A DNA stretch of 64,000 nt from Candidatus Latescibacterota bacterium (lineage in GTDB: Bacteria; Latescibacterota; UBA2968). Shown here one piece after another: positions 58,544 through 64,000 of this stretch. The stretch is from positions 4,384,001 to 4,448,000 of the forward strand of contig OZ242311.1 in assembly GCA_965207885.1 (NCBI GenBank). The letters are read 5' to 3'. Each line of letters starts with the position of its first letter. Within the stretch, counting starts at the first letter, position 1. Both the position numbers and the translations under genes were made by a program. The notes beneath the pieces are model-generated. The model saw only the letters and a list, made by a program, of their open reading frames with translations, was not told where the DNA came from and did not search any database.

Positions 58544-59872
58544 ATGATTAAACGCCATAAAATCTTTACCCTGCTCATCGGCCTGGCATTGTTGCTCGCC
58601 TTGCCCAACATCGCGCTTGCCGACGCACACGAACCCAACTCAGGCGACACAGCCTGGATGCTTACCTCAACTGCCCTGGTGCTATTTATGACCATCCCCG
58701 GCCTCGCCCTCTTTTACGGCGGCCTCGTACGCACCAAAAATGTTTTGTCTGTTCTCATGCAGTGTTTCGCTCTCACCGCCATCATGACCCTGGTCTGGGT
58801 CATCATCGGCTATAGTCTCGCCTTCAACACCGATGGCATGGAAGGCGGCGTGACCAACATAAACTCCTTTGTCGGCGGTTTAGGCACTATGTTCTTATCC
58901 GGTGTAACCGCCAGCAGCCTGTCTGGCACCATTCCCGAAACAGTTTTCATCACCTTCCAGATGACCTTTGCCATTATCACCCCGGCCCTCATCGTCGGTG
59001 CTTTTGCAGAACGCATGAAATTCTCGGCCATGATTCTGTTCTCGATCCTCTGGTCCATCGTAGTCTATGCGCCTATCTGCCACATGGCCTGGAGCGGCGA
59101 CGGTTCCTTCTTTGGCGACATGGGCGTACTCGACTTTGCAGGTGGTACGGTTGTACACATCAACGCAGGCATCGCAGCACTTGTGGCCTGTATTGTCATT
59201 GGCAAACGCCAGGGCTATCCCGATACACTTATGGCTCCTCACAGCCTGACAATCACCGTTATAGGCGCGTCCATGCTGTGGGTCGGCTGGTTCGGCTTTA
59301 ATGCCGGAAGTGCTGTCGCAGCCGACGGAGCCGCAGGCATGGCCATGCTCGTCACGCAGGTCGCCACTGCATCTGCAACATTGGGTTGGATGGCCGCCGA
59401 ATGGATCAAACTCGGCAAACCCAGTATCCTGGGCGCAGTCACGGGTGCTGTTGCCGGTCTCGTCGCCATCACCCCTGCTTCGGGCAGCGTAGGACCGATG
59501 GGTGCGATAGTCGTTGGTCTGGCATCTGGCGTCCTCTGCTTCTGGGCCGCCACCAGCCTCAAGCGAGCATTGGGTTATGACGACTCCCTCGATGCTTTCG
59601 GCGTTCACGGTATAGGCGGTATTGTGGGTGCGCTCCTTACGGGCATCTTTGCCGCTGAAAGCCTCGGTGGACAAGGACTCAGTGCCGATTCTATCGGCGG
59701 ACAATTCGTCGTACAGCTCATCGGCGTCGTCTTCACCATCGTCTATTGCGGCGTCTTATCCTTCATCTTGCTCAAAATCGTCGATGCCATCGTCGGTTTA
59801 CGGGTCTCACAAGACGAAGAAACCGAAGGACTCGATATCTCGCTCCACGACGAACGCGGCTACAATTATTAA
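58544..59872 (+). CDS. amtB: Ammonium transporter, copy 1
   Basis: PGLALFYGG, FQMTFA, DFAGG.VVH, W.GWFGFNAGS, DD.LD.FGVHG, GLD...H.E. Confidence 0.97.
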   Translation: MIKRHKIFTLLIGLALLLALPNIALADAHEPNSGDTAWMLTSTALVLFMTIPGLALFYGGLVRTKNVLSVLMQCFALTAIMTLVWVIIGYSLAFNTDGMEGGVTNINSFVGGLGTMFLSGVTASSLSGTIPETVFITFQMTFAIITPALIVGAFAERMKFSAMILFSILWSIVVYAPICHMAWSGDGSFFGDMGVLDFAGGTVVHINAGIAALVACIVIGKRQGYPDTLMAPHSLTITVIGASMLWVGWFGFNAGSAVAADGAAGMAMLVTQVATASATLGWMAAEWIKLGKPSILGAVTGAVAGLVAITPASGSVGPMGAIVVGLASGVLCFWAATSLKRALGYDDSLDAFGVHGIGGIVGALLTGIFAAESLGGQGLSADSIGGQFVVQLIGVVFTIVYCGVLSFILLKIVDAIVGLRVSQDEETEGLDISLHDERGYNY

Positions 59873-59903
59873 AACTGTCAGCCAAACCAAACATTTACCC
59901 CAG

Positions 59904-59936
59904 GCGCACTTCTCCACGAAGTGCGCTTTTTTTTTT
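59904..59936 (+). terminator. Intrinsic terminator after amtB copy 1
   Basis: GCGCACTTC-TCCAC-GAAGTGCGC followed by T10. Confidence 0.85.
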
Positions 59937-60030
59937 CTTTGTAATTCAAAAATCGGGTTTTATAATACACGACTTGGAAATGGATCGAAAAGCGATCCCG
60001 ACCACACACCTTATGAAGGAGGAGTACAGT

Positions 60031-60369
60031 ATGAAACTCATCACAGCAGTCATCCAGCCCCACAAGCTGGACGATGTGCGCGCAGCACTCGGCGACATCG
60101 GCATCCAGGGCATGACCGTCACCGAAGCGCGTGGCTTTGGACGCCAAAGAGGACACCGAGAAGTCTATCGCGGTGCTGAATACATCGTCGATTTTCTGCC
60201 CAAAGCCAAGCTGGAGATCGCCGTCAATGACGATGAAGCTGACCGCGCTATTGATGCGATAGAGCATGCAGCCAAAACCGGCAATGTAGGTGATGGGAAG
60301 ATTTTTGTCACAGATTTGGGACAAGCTGTTCGCATTCGAACAGGCGAAACCGGACCCGACGCACTTTAG
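60031..60369 (+). CDS. glnK: P-II nitrogen regulator, copy 2
   Basis: 111/112 aa identical to copy 1; SD AAGGAGGAG. Confidence 0.96.
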   Translation: MKLITAVIQPHKLDDVRAALGDIGIQGMTVTEARGFGRQRGHREVYRGAEYIVDFLPKAKLEIAVNDDEADRAIDAIEHAAKTGNVGDGKIFVTDLGQAVRIRTGETGPDAL

Positions 60370-60405
60370 AACTAAAAAATGAAAAACTCTGGAGGGAACA
60401 CAAAT

Positions 60406-61727
60406 ATGAAACGCCACTTTTACATCTTAGCAAGTCTCATGCTCGTCTTAGGACTGCCAGACCTCGCGCTTGCCGATGGACACGAACTCAACGGCAGCGA
60501 CACAGCCTGGCTACTCACCTCAACTGCGCTGGTGCTATTTATGACCATCCCTGGCCTCGCCCTCTTTTACGGCGGCCTCGTACGCGCCAAAAATGTACTC
60601 TCCGTCCTCATGCAGTGTTTTGCACTCACCGCAATATTGAGCGTCGTCTGGGTCATCATCGGCTATAGCCTCGCCTTCAACACCAATGGCATGACAGCAG
60701 GTACTACCAATTTCAACTCCTTCATCGGTGGTCTGGGCACCGCGTTCTTATCCGGTGTGACAGCCGATAGCCTATCTGGTACAATTCCAGAAACGGTCTT
60801 CATCACCTTTCAAATGACCTTCTTCATCATCACACCTGCGCTCATAGTCGGTGCTTTTGCCGAACGCATGAAATTTTCAGCCGTACTCTTATTCTCTGTA
60901 CTCTGGGCATTCTTGTTTACGCGCCTATCTGCCATATGACCTGGGGTGGTGACGGCTCCTTCTTTGGCGACATGGGCGTGCTCGACTTTGCAGGTGGACT
61001 TGTTGTACACATCAACGCGGGTGTCGCGGCACTCGTCGCGTGTATTGTCATTGGCAAACGTCAGGGCTATCCCGACGCACAAATATTGCCACACAGCCTC
61101 AGCCTTACAGTTGTTGGCGCGTCCATGCTGTGGGTCGGCTGGTTCGGCTTTAATGCCGGAAGTGCTGTCGCAGCCGACGGAGCCGCAGGCATGGCCATGC
61201 TCGTCACACAGATATCTGCTGCAGTCGCCACCTCCACCTGGATGTTTATCGAATGGATCAAAAACGGCAAACCCAGTATTCTGGGTGCAGTTACAGGCAC
61301 CATTGCCGGATTGGGCGCCATTACACCAGCTTCGGGTAGCGTAGGGCCCATAGGAGCAATTGTCATCGGCCTTGCTGCCGGTGCGATTTGCTTTTGGGCA
61401 TCCACCACACTCAAACGCAAATTGGGCTACGACGACTCCCTCGACGTCTTCGGCGTCCACGGCGTGGGCGGCATTATTGGCACCCTGCTATGTGGCATTT
61501 TTGTCGTCAAAAGTTTGGGTGGTCAGGGCTTGGCCGAAGGCATGACCATGGGCAGTCAATTCACCGCGCAACTGATAGCGGTCATTATCACCATCGTCTA
61601 TTGCGGCGTGGTATCCTTCATCCTGCTCAAAATCGTTGACGCCGCCGTTGGCCTGCGCGTCTCGCAAGAAGAAGAAACCGGAGGACTCGATATTGCCCTC
61701 CACGACGAACGCGGCTATAATTATTAA
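60406..61727 (+). pseudogene. amtB: Ammonium transporter, copy 2, split by a 1-nt deletion near 60909 (pseudogene or sequencing error)
   Basis: ORFs 60379-60939 and 60936-61727 together align to amtB copy 1; restoring one A (GCA ATT) rejoins the frame. Confidence 0.85.
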
Positions 61728-61749
61728 TACCCGCTTGACAAAGCGGACT

Positions 61750-61782
61750 AAAAAAAGCGGGCACATTGTACCCGCTTTTTTT
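61750..61782 (+). terminator. Intrinsic terminator after amtB copy 2
   Basis: AAAAAAAGCGGGCAC-ATT-GTACCCGCTTTTTTT hairpin. Confidence 0.8.
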
Positions 61783-61857
61783 ATTGTTGCAATTATTTTC
61801 CAGACACCTTTATTTCTCACCGACAACCGTCATAATCCACCACAGAAAGGAACAAAG

Positions 61858-62817
61858 ATGAAAATTGTTTTACACCCCCCTGTCGATGAAGACCTTTGCC
61901 AACAAGTGCGAGACACGGCTCCCAACGCCGAAGTTGTCATGGCAGATGGCAAAAATGTCATTGAAGCTGTCGCAGATGCCGAAATTATATTTGGAAATTT
62001 TTCGTCTGAAATTGTCAATGCAGCTCCCAATCTCAAATGGATTCAATCCACGAGTGCTGGCATGGACAAAGCACTGATCCCCGAAGTCGCCAACAGCGAC
62101 ATCACACTATGCAATGCCAGCGGCGTCCATGCCGTTCAGGTCGCCGAACACGCCTGGGCACTCACCACCGCCCTCACGCGCGGACTACACGTTTCTTTTC
62201 GCCATCAACTCGACCATGCCTGGACGCGCCCACCACTCGCCGACTTATTGGAAGCCACCATTCTCATCGTCGGATTTGGCGGCATTGGTCAATACTATGC
62301 ACAACTCGCTCAGGGCTATGACGCGCGTCTGATTGCGCTGGATATACAGGGCGGAGACAAACCCGATTACGTCGAAGCGATCTGGGACATGGATCGCCTG
62401 GATGAAGGTCTGCAAATAGCAGATGTCGTATTTATCGCCGTACCGTACACACCCGAAACCGAAAAACTCATCAATGCCCGCACTCTGGGCCTGATGAAAA
62501 ACACCGCCTTTTTGGTCAACACCGCACGCGGTCCCATCGTCGATGAAGCCGCTTTGGCCGAGGGCCTCAAAAACGGCGAAATCGCCGGTGCTGGCCTGGA
62601 CGTGTTTGAAAAAGAACCCCTGTCTCCCGATAGCCCGCTCTGGGACATGGAAAATGCCATTATCACCCCACACGCTGCCGGTGGCTCTCCCAATCGACAC
62701 AACCGAACCATTGGATTCTTCTGCCAAAACCTGAAACGCTACCAGACTGGCGAGCCGCTCTTTAACGAAGTTGACAAATCCCTCGGATATCCAAAACGGG
62801 AACGGCGCGTCACATGA
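61858..62817 (+). CDS. D-2-hydroxyacid dehydrogenase family
   Basis: LKWIQ..SAG, GFGGIG, PYTPET, VN.ARG, AGLDV...EPL, ITPH. Confidence 0.92.
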   Translation: MKIVLHPPVDEDLCQQVRDTAPNAEVVMADGKNVIEAVADAEIIFGNFSSEIVNAAPNLKWIQSTSAGMDKALIPEVANSDITLCNASGVHAVQVAEHAWALTTALTRGLHVSFRHQLDHAWTRPPLADLLEATILIVGFGGIGQYYAQLAQGYDARLIALDIQGGDKPDYVEAIWDMDRLDEGLQIADVVFIAVPYTPETEKLINARTLGLMKNTAFLVNTARGPIVDEAALAEGLKNGEIAGAGLDVFEKEPLSPDSPLWDMENAIITPHAAGGSPNRHNRTIGFFCQNLKRYQTGEPLFNEVDKSLGYPKRERRVT

Positions 62818-64000
62818 AAAAACCCAATATCATCGTCATTCTCGTAGATGACATGGGCTATTCGGATCTCGGTTCTTATGGTGGCGAGATCCGAACGCCC
62901 AATCTGGATCGCCTATCGGCAAATGGTTTGCGATTCACGCAAAGTTACAACTCTGCCCGCTGTTGTCCCTCGCGGGCTTCGCTACTCACAGGGCTTTATT
63001 CCCACCAGGCTGGCATCGCCAATTTTACGGGACCTGACCGAATCGCCGAATGGGGACCGGCCTATTTGGGCAGGCTAAACAACAACTGCGTGACATTGGC
63101 CGAAGTCCTCAAAACCGCAGGCTACAGCACCTATGGCGTTGGAAAATGGCACGTTGGCGATCAAGTTAACCCAACAGACCGGGGATTTGACGAATACTAC
63201 GGATTCATCAAAGGCCACAGCGCACCGCAATGGGATCCGTCTTATTATCATCGCTATCCCGAAACTCGAACGCCCGAACTTTCTTTTGCCGACGATGCAT
63301 ACTACGCAACAGAAGCATTCAATGATTACGCCGTAGAATTTATCGAACAGGCGCAACAAAAAGACAACCCCTGGTTTCTCTATCTCGCCCACTCGGCTCC
63401 GCATTTTCCCTTACATGCCCCGGCAGAAACCCGCGATTCATATCTCGATATATACCGCCGAGGTTGGGATGTATTGCGCCGAGAACGCTACGTGCGCCAG
63501 CAAGAATCTGGCCTGGCAACGGAAAACTGGCAATTCACACCGCGCTCACTTGTCCCCATCGAAGAAAATGATGCCATCGCAAACGGGTACAGCGGCAAAC
63601 AGAATCCCGCGTGGGAGGATCTCTCCCAAGACCGACAGGAAGACCTCGCCTACCGCATGGCGGTCTTTGCCGCCATGATCGAACATATCGATCGCGGCAT
63701 AGGCAGAATCATTGACCGCCTGGAAAAAGCAGGAGAGCTGGACAACACACTCATCCTGTTTACAAGCGACAACGGCGCGTGTTACGAATGGGGACCATTT
63801 GGATTTGACGAACGCAGCAGATTGGGAGTCACCCATCTCCACACAGGTGACGAACTCAAAAAAATCGGCGGGTCGGACACGTATCACTCTGTGGGCAGCG
63901 CGTGGTCGTGCCTGAGCAACACACCGTTGCGCATGTACAAACACTACAACCACGAAGGCGGAAATTGCAGCCCCTTCATCGCCTATTGGCCCGAAGGAAT
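62814..64000 (+). CDS. Arylsulfatase (3'-partial)
   Basis: Translated by hand from ATG 62814 (ATGA overlap): MKKPNIIVILVDDMGYSD...ARCCPSRASLLTG, GKWH, APHFPL, SDNG; runs off window. Confidence 0.88.
   Translation, partial: MKKPNIIVILVDDMGYSDLGSYGGEIRTPNLDRLSANGLRFTQSYNSARCCPSRASLLTGLYSHQAGIANFTGPDRIAEWGPAYLGRLNNNCVTLAEVLKTAGYSTYGVGKWHVGDQVNPTDRGFDEYYGFIKGHSAPQWDPSYYHRYPETRTPELSFADDAYYATEAFNDYAVEFIEQAQQKDNPWFLYLAHSAPHFPLHAPAETRDSYLDIYRRGWDVLRRERYVRQQESGLATENWQFTPRSLVPIEENDAIANGYSGKQNPAWEDLSQDRQEDLAYRMAVFAAMIEHIDRGIGRIIDRLEKAGELDNTLILFTSDNGACYEWGPFGFDERSRLGVTHLHTGDELKKIGGSDTYHSVGSAWSCLSNTPLRMYKHYNHEGGNCSPFIAYWPEG

Noticed and set aside
59746-60369. N-terminally extended 207-aa P-II protein
   Set aside because: The extension crosses the amtB end and a terminator; strong SD and identity with copy 1 place the start at 60031.

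Overview
A 64-kb bacterial chromosomal window. The PorV-like barrel, dcw/tgt-yajC gene order and abundance of sulfatases and PhyH dioxygenases suggest an FCB-group (Gemmatimonadota/Latescibacterota-like) organism, possibly host-associated; this taxonomy is inference only. It contains a dcw cluster (ftsI' murE murF ftsW murC murB ftsQ ftsA ftsZ) that lacks mraY, murD and murG at their usual positions, a truncated IS200/IS605 tnpB, and many carbohydrate, sulfate-ester and oxidoreductase genes. Housekeeping genes include tgt, yajC, fmt, slyD, polA and trpS. There is also an frdABCD operon and a tandem duplicated glnK-amtB unit whose second amtB is frameshifted. The most striking unannotated structure is the ~440-bp leader of trpS (minus strand): a sigma70-like promoter followed by TWO tandem Trp-codon leader ORFs, each with its own terminator/antiterminator set. 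The second leader has no stop codon before its terminator and ends in an ATGA overlap with trpS. Directly upstream, a 3,494-bp higher-GC cargo cassette is bounded by a diverged direct repeat of a gene 3' end plus that same promoter. No rRNA, tRNA or CRISPR array was recognised.
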